DNA of 64,000 bases from Gnetum montanum. Taxonomy: Eukaryota > Plantae > Gnetophyta. The DNA is taken from assembly GCA_015680685.1 (NCBI GenBank), contig MNCI01001632.1:124026-188025 (forward strand), given 5' to 3'. Positions 24,101 to 37,650 of this stretch are shown here, one piece after another. The notes beneath the pieces are model-generated. The model saw nothing but the letters and a program-made list of their open reading frames with translations. It was not told where the DNA came from and did no database searches. A program made the position numbers and the translations under genes. Position 1 is the first letter of the stretch; each line of letters starts with the position of its first letter.

Positions 24101-25074
24101 CAGCTTATGCTTGAATATCAAATAGGTGGGCTGATGATACATTAAGACTTACTTTTATCAGTTCAAAACAAAGGTCTACATATAATATAGAAAGGACAAA
24201 CAACACATAATTTGATGTTAAAGACCAAATATAGATCAAGAAGGCTATCTAATTGAAACAATTATCTCATTAGAACTTGTATCCTTATATTCAATCAGAA
24301 ATTTGGAAAATGTAAACAAAAGAATATGGAAGCCTTGAGAGAAATATGCATATTTTTCCTTTTGTATAAGGCAATGCCACAAACACAACCATTTTTCAAA
24401 AATCAAATGATAATCATGACAAAGAATATCAGAAACACAAATTTAAGACTTAACCATCCGCTGGAAAGAAAAAATATCTCTTGATGTCCTTATCTTGCTC
24501 ATTTTGGAATACTTTGTTATTTCAATGTCTCTTGGTTCAAGTCTCCAAAGACTCCCTCTACATTAATGATCTTCGAGATGGTCATGGATAATGAGGAATA
24601 AGCTTCCCCTACACATGTGCTACTTACCTTGGGCTATTAATGTACAAATGTTGTAAATCATAAAAACACTACAACTGTAGGTCAAAATTAAGCTCAAATG
24701 TGGAGACTAAGATCTCCAATCAATAATATTGATCATATTTTTTAAAGGATTGTCTTATCTCATAAATAGCAAAAATATCCCAAAGTCCATGAGCTTAGAA
24801 GTAGATCATAATAATAAATTTAGATTAAACAAGATTGAAATCATGACAAAACCAATAAGATAATGATCCAAAGGAAATCAAAATAAGTGCTACACATATT
24901 TTAATAGAACCAATTATATCAAGCTCAAAAATGAATGTAAGGGATGCTCTAAATAATTATTCCATCATTTTCAAGACAAATAATTTTGGACTTCAAATAC
25001 CATTCTTATTAACTAGAAAGAAAAGAGATGGAAGGTTACCTTGACTTACCTTGCTTGCAATAGAGAAGAGAAGA

Positions 25075-26714
25075 TTAATGGAGTTTGAGATGTGGTCTCC
25101 TATCATGAAGTACCTCCTCATCCTTCAGTTCTCTTTCATTAGATCATATATGTGATGCCTCTATTTGTTCATGCTCTTCATGATAAAACCTTTGATCACT
25201 CATTGCATCATTTTCAATTCTCCACTTCTCTTCATTCTCAATTATTGGTACCTACACAATTTCCTTACCAAAGCCTTTTTTACAAGATGAAATATTAATC
25301 TTGTTTTGATCATCATGAGTATAGTTAAGAGTTTTCTTGAAACCATAATTTTCACAAACAAGTAAAGTATTATCCTTATGATTAAAATTATCAAGCCTAT
25401 CTATGCTCGAGCTTGAATTTTCATGTGTGGCTTCCTCTAAATTCTTTGGCTATTTTTTAGGAGTCTCCTCTTCTTGAACCATATTGCAATCCTTATTAAA
25501 AGAGGTTAGTTGTTGAATCTCAGTTTTTATGTTTGAGATCTCTTCTTTCACTTTAGCATGAATAGCACCCAACTTAGAAATTACAAATTTCTTTGCCTTC
25601 CTAATCGAATGACGTAAAAGAAAATTTTCTTCTTTAAATTCACTATACCTTCTTTTTCAGCCAAATGTGAGGAATTTTCATCTATAAGTGCCATGCATAT
25701 GAGATATGAATTTTTTGAAGAATTGCATGCCTCTTCTTCACTTTGCTCACCATCATCCCAACTTGTATAAAAGTTGGTCTTTTTTGATTCCTCATAATTG
25801 GATATATTCTTTGGTTACATCTTGCTATCACTAGGACATTTGAAGGACATATGACCTCTTCCTTCACAAAACCAACAATCTACGGAATGGAAATCTAAGT
25901 TAGAATTTAAAAAATTTCTACCTCTTTCTCTACCTTTTAGTAGATTGGGTCTTTGTTGTGATGTCCCCTTATTTCTTCTTATTAGTAATTATTGTAGCTT
26001 CCTTGAGAGAAAGATAATCTCATCTTTTTTTCCCTCATCATGTTCACTAAACTCATTCTCCTTGGACACATTCTGTAGAATAATAGGTCTTTTTTGGATC
26101 ACTCCTCCTCTTATGAGATTCATTTCATAAGCAACAAGAGCACTTTGAAGCTCTTCAAATTTTAAGGTTGAGAAATTTTTGATATCCTCCATAGCTGTGA
26201 CCTTTGGTTTAAACTCCAGTTGTAGAGTTCTAATCATTTTAACAATGACATCACTTTTAGGAAAATATTTACCTTTTCCTCTAATAGCTACAACAAGATA
26301 ATCTTTTATTTTCTCACATTCTCTCATTTTGAGTTTATCATATTCACTTTGTCACACTAACAATTTTTATTACTTGATAATAGTTGTTACTTCGTAAGTA
26401 GCTTCTAAGTTTTGCCAAATTTCTTTGGCCATTTTACATCCTGTCACTCTATTAAATTCAAATTTATTTGATGCATAATATAGAAATTTTTTTTCTTTTG
26501 AATCAAACATGAACTTATCCTTTTCCTTGTATGTCCATTTTTTGCAAGGCCTAATGATGCTAGTGGAGCTATTGACAAGCAAAGCATAGCCTTTAAGGAT
26601 AGACTCCCACACTTCAAACTCCATGGATTCAAAGAACCCTTACATTCTAGCTTTCTAATAGGTGAAGTCAAATCTATTGAACATAGATGGCTTTGTATAA
26701 CATGTCCCCTCCAT
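25075..26714 (-). pseudogene. Copia gag (Retrotran_gag_2/UBN2-like) of element D, disrupted
   Basis: MEG..TKPSMFNRFDFTY*KARM..ESMEFEVWESILKGY; AKEIWQNLEATYE; FKPKVTAMEDIKNFSTLKFEELQSALVAYEM. Ends VLHDRRPHLKLH*. Confidence 0.85.
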
Positions 26715-28899
26715 TGTTCACTCTTGAAGCTGATGATGACAAAAAAGAGTAATAGGCTTCAATACCACTTATGGATCATTGAACTTAGAAGGGAATGAAT
26801 AAGTTTCTTAAACTAAAATTATTTGTACAAAGCACACACACCAAATTTAACATGGTTTCCCAACTTGGGTAGTGCACACTTGAAGGGTAGATTACAGGCA
26901 CACGTTTGAACTTTGTTTTTCTTAAATGTGGTTTGAATGGTCCATACCCTGTACAATCTTCAAGCCCTACTCTTGAGTGTTGTAATGCTGCATCAACCAC
27001 TCAACCTCATAAGGTCCCATTAGGCTTGGAATGTGGTTTCCAGGCCACAACATCATTTACAATCTTGAGCTCTACTCAAGAGTATTGTGTTGCAACACCA
27101 ACTACTCAATCTTGTAGGATCTCAACAAGCTTAACCAAGATGCCTTTTCATAAGAAGCACATTAACCCTGTAGGGCAACAAGGAAGAATAATTACAAGGG
27201 ATGAATGCAACTCACTTTGTTGAACCTTGTACTTTGAGGTACGTCACACTTTGCAATGGACAAACGATAATACAATGAAGAGAAATAATGATTACAATGA
27301 TTGTAAAAGATCTTGCACATTTTCCAATGCATATGATGTCTTCTTATAGCTATCATGTTTCAAAATCCATCTTGGAACTCGTGCAACAACTAGCTAATGG
27401 TAGCTAACAATCATGGAAGATGTCTTCTTTGTGCCTATGATGTATTTTTGTATTTTCCCTCTATTCTAGGAAGATGCCTTTGTCTAGGAAAGTTGTCTTT
27501 TTGAAATCTCCATTCTAGGAAGATGTATTTTTTTGGTAAAAGATTTCTTTCTAAAATTGGCCTACATTATATAAAGACATCTTTTTTTGGTGAAGATGTC
27601 CTTTCCTAATGAAAGACATCTATTATTTCTTAGAGACATCTTTGTTTGTGCATATTTCAATTCTACCAAGATGTCTACTATTTTTGAAAGACGTCTTTCT
27701 TCTCCTTCCTTTGCAAGATGATTTCTTTAGTCCTTGTTCATAATTTTTAATTTCTACATGTGGTAATGATGACAACTTTGCTTGTCCACATTCTCTGAAT
27801 TCTCTTCCTTTAAGCTTTTCTTTTGTGGATGATACCTTAAGATCTTATGAATGAATTTCTTCTTTTTGTTCCTGATGAGTGGCAAGGTACCCCTACACTC
27901 AACCATATGAATACAAGCGTTACACGCATGATCTAGTTGAACTCCATAGATGAACTAGTTGTGGCATCTAGATAGTTACCCTTAGGTCGTAGTTTTCTAT
28001 CTTCCCACCTGGACTAGTATTAGCTTTGTCACGTATGGTTTAGTCCAAAGTGAGGTGTATGATGTGTTCCTACACTAATGCTACTCCTGGAGATAATGGA
28101 AAATAATATTAACTAATCTAGGAGAGAGAGGATGAGAGAATTTAAACTAGCCTAAGTGTGATGAGCATCCATTCCTTGATTATCCATACACATCTTGGAC
28201 TTCGTGCATGACTACCACTGGGGTTACCAAGCGCAGATCCTAGGTACGCTACTGGGTTACCAAGTAGTCACACTTAAATGCTCATAATCAAGTTGTACTC
28301 ATTCTACATTTAACAAGAGTTTAAGGGTGAGAGAGATATTAACTAAGAAAGTAGTAAATGAAAATTAAATAAATAACTAAGCTAAGTAAATGTTGCAATA
28401 ATGAAGTAATCTTGATCTTTATTTCCAATCATGTGCATGTCCAAGTATGTCACACTCGAATAAGGATGCTATACAATTAAAATTACCACACTACAAGCAT
28501 GCACTAGGAGGAAAGGGTTGAGAAGAAAAACAAAAATAAAATCAAAACTTAACTCTAAAACTTACTGATTAATGCCTAAAACCAAGTGTGTTGCCTTTTA
28601 TTTATAGGCTCACACCGGAACCGTGATATTGCGTACGCGATATTGTGGCTGCAATATCGTGGCCCCGATAACTGGGCTTCAATAACTGAGCCTAACATAT
28701 CATAACTCATCATACCCCCATGACTAAATAAAAACTCATCCTTGAGTTACAGAGAGAACAAGATCCATTGATTACACAGTAGATAGGTATGGGATTATTG
28801 ACTGGTGAGAATGGGTTCATGCCGCAGTGTGGAATCGAAGCAAAATTGAGACACAACACAAAGAATGCAAAAGAAAATCCTACTACTAAAAAATTGATG

Positions 28900-29670
28900 G
28901 AGCTCATGTAGTTCCTGGTGGTGGCTGCTCCTCCATAGGTGTCTTTGTCTTTTTTTGCGCTCCAAGTCTTAGGATTTGATGGCGTTGAAGTATGGCCTAG
29001 ATTTTCTCCTCTTGTAAGGCCTTGAGTGCCTTGGCATGCGTGTAAGTTTTCGCTTGTGCCATAGAGGCATCTCAGTCAGCCTTCTCTTTTTCTTCCACCA
29101 CCCTTTTATTTTCTATCAATAGTTTATTAAGTTGCTCAGTTCTAAAAGTGTCCAGCTAGTTCTGAGCAACCTTTGGCACTGTATTCGGAAGGTTTAATAC
29201 TTCTGAAATGGCTTGAACAGAGAAATCAATAGTCACACCACAAATGTTAACCATGGTGCCTTCTTCTTTGTTGTACCAAATTGGTACATTTTCCCTAAGT
29301 ACTAGGCACCACTTTCAGAAAGGGTAGGTCATAACGGGGACCTTGTGAGATGATCCCTAATGGCCTTCGGAGCAAATTCTGCAAACAATCCAAAGTTTAA
29401 CTCCACAATCACTGCTGTGAATGTGGACTTCTCGTGAATGTCCTAAACACAATCATGGGGAAACGTGATATTTTGTCCCTATTCAACCACAGTAGCCACT
29501 CCTTCTTCTACCTACCTTGATTGTACAGTAGTAGGGTCCTCTTGGTGGATGCTAAGTAATTGTTCCTCCTACTCTGCATGTTGTCCAGAAGGATCTTGTT
29601 TTCCTCCTATCTTAGGTCATTTGATCACACCTTGAGTAGGACCTTCTTATTGTCCATGTTTCAAGGCCAT
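28900..29670 (-). pseudogene. Athila 3' accessory (env-like/PF20167-like) ORF remnant of element A
   Basis: ATG at 29670, directly after a TACTAAC..TGTAG acceptor. WYNKEEGTMVNICGVTIDFSVQAISEVLNLP at about 29185-29278 matches V.VRGV.IDFS...I..VL.LP. Stops and a frameshift are present. Confidence 0.6.
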
Positions 29671-32249
29671 CTACAATCACACGAGGCCAATTGTTAGTAA
29701 GGTTGTTACCCAATGATAAGTGGCAAGGTACCCCTACACCCAACCATACGAATATGAGCATTACATGTGCGATCCAATCGAACTCCGCAGACTAAGTGCC
29801 TACACACCTTATGAAACACCTAAGGTTAATTAGTTATTATCTTCCCAAGATCACTTGTATTTGTCATGGTTGTATGGTTAAGTGAACTTGAGGTATATGA
29901 TTTTTATATATTTTCTAGTTTTATCACCTATGCTAAGAGAGGAAAGGGTGAAAGAGATTTAACTAAGAAAGTAGTAAATAAAAATTAAATAAATAAATAA
30001 TTAAACTAAGTGAATGCTGAAATGATGAAGTAATCTTGATCTTTATTTCCAGTCATGTGCGTGTCCAAGTACGTCACACTCGAATAAAGGATGTTGTACA
30101 ATTACAATCACCACACTACAAGTATACACTGGAAAATAATTCTAACACTAGGAAGGGAAAACTACAAGAGTTTGGGTAAGGAACTACGAACTAGATGGAG
30201 AAACAAGGGAGAGTCACCTCTTATTTATAGAATTGGTGGCACATTGCGATATCGTGTACGCGATATAGTAGGGAAGGATGCAATATCGTGGCAGATGCGA
30301 TATCACATCCCATCATACCCCCATGACTGAATAAAAACTCATCCTTAAGTTCCTTACAAAATATTGGGAAGGTATGGGATTATTGACTTGAATGGAACTA
30401 ATGGTGAATGGGATGATATGTGAATGGATCATCATTACAGAACATGACAAAACTAGTGTTCACGATAACAAGAGTGAACACTATACATTTGACATTAGGC
30501 CTTATTTGGCAGCTAAGAGAGTAGAGAGAAGAGAGAATAAGTTTGCTACTTCCAACTCCAAGATTGTGCCTTTCATTATCCATCCGTAAGCATGCCATCT
30601 ATCTTGTTCCTTGCATAACTGCTTCAACACAGATCCATTCCAAGTGTTCCTTCCAAATCCAATCTATTGTTGTATGATTTCCATATGTACACACAACATA
30701 GTATAATATTACCAAGGGTAAATGAATCATAATGCAGTTGATACCTTGCTTCGGTGAAAGGTCCATTGGCTGAGTTGTGGTATGGCTGATGCAAATACTG
30801 GGGATATAATAATGGTGACTACTGAAGGTGTAGGGGTTAGGAGAAAATCAAAAAAATTGGGTCAGGACCCCCATGACTAAGAGCGAACCTTCGGTAGTGA
30901 TAGAATGAAGAAAGAAAAGGAATAAGAAATATGGAGATAAAGAGACAACTATAACGTCGATGAAATGGATGTCAAGATGGAAATGAACAAAATAGAGTTG
31001 ATTGCAAAAATGTTAAGGGAAAGAATTTAACTAGTGCACCAAAAAGGAATGCTAGTGGGTCCTCCCCAAAGCAGGCTTATTCCATTAATGCCTTGACAAA
31101 CCCACATTCAAAGAGTCCGTAGGCTCTAGGAATGTCATTTGGAACAAGAGTTAAAGTCTTAACCACAAGAATTTACCACAAAGAAAACAATATGTCAACC
31201 AAAATATACACTAATGATACAACTGGCAATGAGGTGAACAATGGAGAAGAATGATGGAAATAAGACGATGGAATAGAGTTCCAAGAACAAGGTGATGTAC
31301 AGCCCCTTGTGTATTTGATGATTAATGTGACTTGGTAGATCCCATTCCAAATCCGACCTCAAACAAACCACATCTAGTGACTTCACATTCATACATTCAG
31401 TTAATCCATCCACCTAAAGTAACAAGAATGCATCCCTCAAAGAGCCACCACCATTCTAACGAAACAAGGGAGGAGAAAGTAGGAAGTGAGGAAGGGCCTT
31501 AGTTAAAGGAAACATGTTTTGAGTTCCATAACCAGTACTTGTAGCCCAAATGATTATTTCATCTAAGGGGTGTGCTTTCAATCCTCACTATTTTTTTTTG
31601 TGTTTTTCATGAGAACCACACCATGCAAAGACTTATTATTTTTATTTTTATTCACTCAGCTCCCCGATGATTGGGTAACGTTGAAATGGTAAGAAAACTC
31701 AGAAAGAAAACATCCAAGCACCCAAGAGACTGTCCAACACAAATGCATCAAGTTTCCTTGAAGCCACACCCTTTTCAATCCTTGAGTCCTTCCTTAGTTT
31801 GAGAAATGCCCAGTCACCAATTCATTTATAGTTCTTGTTATTTTGAAGAAAGGGACTGCATAGTTCCAAGCCAAGAGAGACCATAGAGATTTGTGGATGC
31901 ACAGATGATGTGGACTCATTGGATGTCATATCAAAAGAACCATACCTTAGTATCAACATTATCACTTAAAGGTAAAAACCAAACATTAGCAACCAAGAGA
32001 AAATAGTTCATACCATCCTTGGAGCACTTATTAGGTGACAAACTTAACAAAATGGATGAACACACACACAAATAAAAGAAAAGGTATGAATGATGTTGCA
32101 AAACAAAAAAAAGAAAAGTTAAAGAAATTTGTAAAACAAAAATGTGCAAAACAAAAATGCGCAAAACAAAAATGTGTAAAACAAAAACTTAAAAGAACTG
32201 AGGGCCTCCGTTGATTAGCATAGGTAGCCATCTCCCCCATGATTGAATT

Positions 32250-35200
32250 GAAAGGGAGAGATCTGAAATAACGAGTGTTTGTTTGAATTTCTTAGAAGTG
32301 CCCAACTTCTCCCAATTGATATTTTTAGATTAAGGGTTGGAAGTCAGTGATGCTCATACTCCAATCTATCTATGCTTTCGTTGTGGTTGCAAGTTGTTCC
32401 CCCAGTTAGTTCCATGCATATTGGTAGGTTGCTCTTTTCATTAGCTATCAACCACTAGGTGTTTTCTTGTTGTGTGGTTACTACATATAGGTACTTTTGT
32501 ATGTTAGTCTCTTGGGCACACCGGTTGCATACAGGAAGTGTTGAACATTCTTGTATGTTATCATCCTCTATATCACTGTATGTGATGTATAGAACTTTCT
32601 TCTTCTCAATCTTTCCCTAAATATTTTCCTTAGATATTTCCAGGAAAAGATCATGGATTCCTAGGCATGCATTTATGGTACTGAGCCATGCACTCCCCAT
32701 TATAATCAAGAAGTTCCTTTTATTATTGTTAACCTATATCACTAGGAAATTAGCTGGGTATGACAAATCACACATAGTGGTAACAATGTTCTCCACAAGT
32801 TTCAAGGGGACAGTGATGGACTAGTCATCTAGCTCTAATTAAATATTGCTCTTCTTGAGTGGAGGTAGGTTTCAAGCTTTATACATTTCTTGCCATATTA
32901 AGTTGACTCTGGAACCTGAGTCAAGGAGAGCCTTACGTGGTTCATTTCCAGCGACTTGGAGGTAGATTAAGGGACTTCTGGGATCAGAGAGTTTCTTGGA
33001 AATGTGGCCCACCTTTATCTAGTTAGTGATGGTATGTGTTAACATAATTGTGTGCATTGAGCTCTGTTTTTCATTTGAAGGGAGCTCTGAAGCCTTACTT
33101 GATGGAGAAGTGGTCATAGACTCAACCGCTTGTAGTTGTGAGAGCTTGTTTGGACTATTGGTTCTATAGAAAGGTCTTCTTTTTGTACGGTTGTTAGAAC
33201 CAATAGTGGGTTGAAGGTTTATAGCTCTCGTAGCATTACATTACTACAGTTGAGTGGGGAGTTCCCCTTGCATCATTGGAGCGGGTGGTAGTGGAACTAT
33301 CGGTGTAAGAGATGTGGATGGATTCTGAGGATGGTATGCATGTGGAGTGTCTCTTCTAGGAGAGGGAGTCCTAAAATACTCCCAAACTTGGTAGTGACAT
33401 TGTGGGGTTGCGTGACCCATTGAGTCACTTGGAGAAATTGGCTATTGCAAGTAATAGCCATATGGATCTGGTTGCCGGTAAGGGTATTGTTTTCTAGGCA
33501 ATGGCATCCCCCATGAATGTGGGTATTTCCACTACTGGTGTTGCTTAANNNNNNNNNNNNNNNNNNNNNNNNNNNNNNNNNNNNNNNNNNNNNNNNNNNN
33601 NNNNNNNNNNNNNNNNNNNNNNNNNNNNNNNNNNNNNNNNNNNNNNNNNNNNNNNNNNNNNNNNNNNNNNNNNNNNNNNNNNNNNNNNNNNNNNNNNNNN
33701 NNNNNNNNNNNNNNNNNNNNNNNNNNNNNNNNNNNNNNNNNNNNNNNNNNNNNNNNNNNNNNNNNNNNNNNNNNNNNNNNNNNNNNNNNNNNNNNNNNNN
33801 NNNNNNNNNNNNNNNNNNNNNNNNNNNNNNNNNNNNNNNNNNNNNNNNNNNNNNNNNNNNNNNNNNNNNNNNNNNNNNNNNNNNNNNNNNNNNNNNNNNN
33901 NNNNNNNNNNNNNNNNNNNNNNNNNNNNNNNNNNNNNNNNNNNNNNNNNNNNNNNNNNNNNNNNNNNNNNNCTCCAATAGTCTATGAACTTCATGGGACC
34001 TAAGCTTAGATAATCTCCCTTGGGCATATGTTCCAAGGGTTCTCCTGGTTTCATGTCTTAGCCCATCCATGAGATGGTGGAGTTGATCTCATTGTGCATA
34101 ACCATGGCCGAGGCAACAATGTAACAATGCATAATATTAGCCCATGGAAGCATCCAAGGGTTCATGATTACCCTACTTCCATCCTTGGATCTACTTATGC
34201 AAGTTGGACACTCTGGAGTATGTTTGATATTTATTGTTGAATAGTTCTAGCATTGTACTCCATCGTCTAATAGATTCCAGTTCTAAGGACTGGTACCAAC
34301 TTTCTGCTTCATTTATGAGTGTCCTTGGGAATAACTTTAACTTTTTCCACTCATTTTTGATATTCTACAAGGTGCAGGCATCGTGGAATGCCTGTAAGTG
34401 GTTCTGCAGATTAGCATTGTATTCCCCCCTCAAATCGTGGGATATTATTCATGTCAAATCGCTTGATCTAGCTATCTTTATGGTGCCTTGTAGGTATTCT
34501 CATAGCCTCCATAATGTCTAGAATACTATAGGTGGCAAGTAGGGGTTCATCATTGTCATTTCTTTCATGGGGTCTATGATGCCTATGTGGTTCCCTACTT
34601 TCCCTTCTACCATGCCTTGATTCTATCGAATGCCCTTGTCCTTGCTCTCGACTCTCTCATCATGGGTTCTCATCTTTCTTACCCTTATCCTCATGATTTT
34701 TCTCATTGTGACTATGTCCTGATGTGGAAGGAGAGGGTGAATGATGCGATGAAGGTGAAGAAGAAGGAGAACCATCGCCATGATGATGTTTCTTACCTTC
34801 TCTTTGGTGGCTACAGCCCCAATCATGATGACAATCCGAATGCCTGCTCTTATCATATGTTTGTGTTCCCTCATTGAACACTTGGTGTTCATGAGGATCA
34901 GAACCAGGGTTATGAATCATGGAGTGTAGGTTTTGATACCCCACCTCCTCACCATCGTTAGGAGGGAAAACATCATTTTATGGAGAACCTATTATAACCA
35001 GTTCACTATCTCCAATTTCTCTTAGGACATGCAGGACCCCTTTACCATTCAATGATGAATGGTAACTCTCCTACCGCAAGTCCCTTAGATGGTTTGCCAC
35101 TGTGAGATGGTAATCCCTTGTGTTGAACTTGCCTACAACGTATAGATGCATCATGCCTATCTGTGCAAGAGCACGAAGGAGCATGTTAGGGACTGCATGA

Positions 35201-35418
35201 TTTTGGGGTAACACTATGTTACCTTGAAATTCTCACCAATGCAGTTGTCCATCCTGATGGAGGATAAAGGTAATATTAGGTATATACTCATCGGGATGAG
35301 TATATACTATCTGATACTGTTGAGGAACTGGCGGTTCTAGGTTGTGTGTGTTAGACCGCCGACTGTCTCTTATGTGATCACTAGGTGGTGAAGTGCTTTT
35401 CTGAGAAGAAGAAGACAT
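32250..35418 (-). pseudogene. gag and aspartic protease of element B, disrupted
   Basis: HLQAFHDAC..WKKLKLFPRTLINEAESWYQSL..SIRRWSTMLELF (Retrotrans_gag, about 34200-34420). KKLSDPRSPLIYLQVAGNEPRKALLDSGSRVNLI (protease, about 32895-33000). No RT follows. The ends are approximate. Confidence 0.85.
33549..33971. other. Assembly gap (423 N)
   Basis: Run of N between the gag and protease regions of element B. Confidence 1.
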
Positions 35419-37650
35419 GTTTATCTCATCTGTGTGCTACTGACGGTTGTTTAAATTTTCTTCTGATGAACCCTAAGGGTTCGTTTAAGCTTCCCAATGA
35501 TGTGGATGATTTCCTATGTTCTACTTAGTGCACAAACAACTTAGTCCCTGGCAACGACGCCAATGATGAGTGGCGAGGTACCCCTACACTCAACCATATG
35601 AATACGAGCGTTACATGCATGATCTGGTCAAACTCTGTAGACTAAGTGCCTACACGCCTTATGGAACACCTAAGGTTAATCAGTCACTGTCTTCCCAAGC
35701 TCACTTGTATTTGTCATGGTTGTATGGTTAAGTGAACTTGAGGTATATGATTTTTATATCTTTTCTGTTTTATTGCCTATGCTAAGAGAGGAAAGGGTGA
35801 AAGACATTTAGCTAAGAAAGAAATAAATAAAAATTAAATAAATAATTAATTACACTAAGTGAATGCTGCAATGATGAAGTAATCTTGATCTTTATTTTTG
35901 GTCATGTGCATGTCCAAGTACGTCACACTTGAATAAAGGATGCTATACAATTACAATCACCACTCTGCGGGCATACACTAGAAAATAATTCTAACTCTAG
36001 GAAGGGAAAACTGCAAAAGTTTGGGTAAGGAACTAAGAACTAGATGGAGAAAAAAGGGAGAGCTGCCTCTTATTTATAGAATTGAAGGCATGCTGCGATA
36101 TTGCGGCATATGCGATATCGCGTCCCATCACCCAAGTTAGGTTATACCTTACTACTTACCTTAATGAATTTGCTTTATTTCCATGTGATGTTAATTATTG
36201 GAAGAACATGTCCCCAAAATATTATATGTTGAGTCCTCTTTGCTTAGGTGGTTTCCAAATTTAATTTTCTGGTATAGCTAAGGGGATGAAATTAATTTTG
36301 ACACATTTTATTCTTAATTTTACAACTAGTTACCCTTAAATATGTCCTTGGGAAAATGATGAATTTTAAAAAATTTATGTGCTATTTGGCATGTACCCCT
36401 CCCCCACAACTAAGCTAAAGACTCTGGGTTCAAGTAGGTTCAAACGGAATGAAAATTGAAGTACCAGCGAGCGAGTTATTGATATGAAAGAAAGGGATGC
36501 ATAATTGGGATTTGTAGAGAGGAATTTGAAAAACTTCCCCTTCATGAACAGTTGCAAATGATGTTGATTAGCACAGAGGGGTCACATATATATATTTTCA
36601 TCAAAGCTAGGGCACTTAGACAATGTACTGAATTTTTAATATTTTCTTGAAATTAAATGATGTAAACTAAGGACATATGGACGATTGTTAAAGGGTTCCA
36701 GGGTAATTCAACTAGTTCTAAAGGCACGAAAATAATGATGGTATGAAATTTATCAATAAGGACCTTGGATGGTAGAGAAAAAGGCCATGTGATGGTCCAT
36801 AGGAATGTTGAATCGGAGGGATAGTAATAAGGGAAAGAAAATTGTTGGCAACATGCTAAGGGTAATAAATGGTGTGTGGAAGATGGGCATGAATGCAAAT
36901 CATAAAAATTATGCAAGTGGGTCCTCCCCAAAGTAGGTTCCAACCTTTAATACCCTTGTGTAACCACACTTAGAAGTTTCGATGGGCACTCGAAGGTTTA
37001 AATGTAATCCACACTAATTCCACAAAACACACACATGTAAATATCTCCAGAATGAGGTAAGAATTCTACGTTACACATGACATGAGCTACAATTACATGA
37101 ACAATTAGATCTACAAGGATTTTAGTATAACCACATTGCATGATAACACTCCAGATGTTACCAAAGAGAATCCACAAGTCCCCTTAATGTCACACCCTAA
37201 TCATTCCCTCTTGATCCATCCTTCTTCATTCTGGGTACAATGAACACAAAATTAATTTTAATTTTTTAGGATGTCAAGAATATCACTGTACCCTTGAATA
37301 GAACCTCTTATTTGTAGAATGGATGAGTGGGTGTAATGGGCTCACTGTCCAAATAATTGGCCACTCGAGACTTGATAACATAGAACACACCTCAATCAAC
37401 GAGCCACATGAGTGTTTTATTTGTAGATGAGATTACTTATAAAAACACAAAGAGACAAAAAGAAAAAAAGATAAAAGAAGAAACTGAAAAATGAAAAACT
37501 GGAAAACAAAAAGTTGTAAAATTAAAGAAAATGAAAAATATTTATTAACCCTACTTGTTATTAGAATGGGGGGTATCCTCCATAACTAAACTATTGAGGA
37601 TGGAAAGGATTAATAAATGAAAGACGAGGATCCTTGCATGTTGGAAATAT

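Larger units (their letters stand above)
29714..36130 (-). mobile_element. Athila-type element B (gag and protease only) nested in A; LTRs 29714-30315 and 35564-36130
   Basis: Perfect TSD CCCAA (29709-29713 / 36131-36135). PBS TGGCGTCGTTGCCAGGGA (35545-35562). PPT ATGGGGGTA at 30316-30324. Confidence 0.93.

Noticed and set aside
33297-34070. Long ORFs of 156-257 aa
   Set aside because: Artefacts of reading through the N gap.
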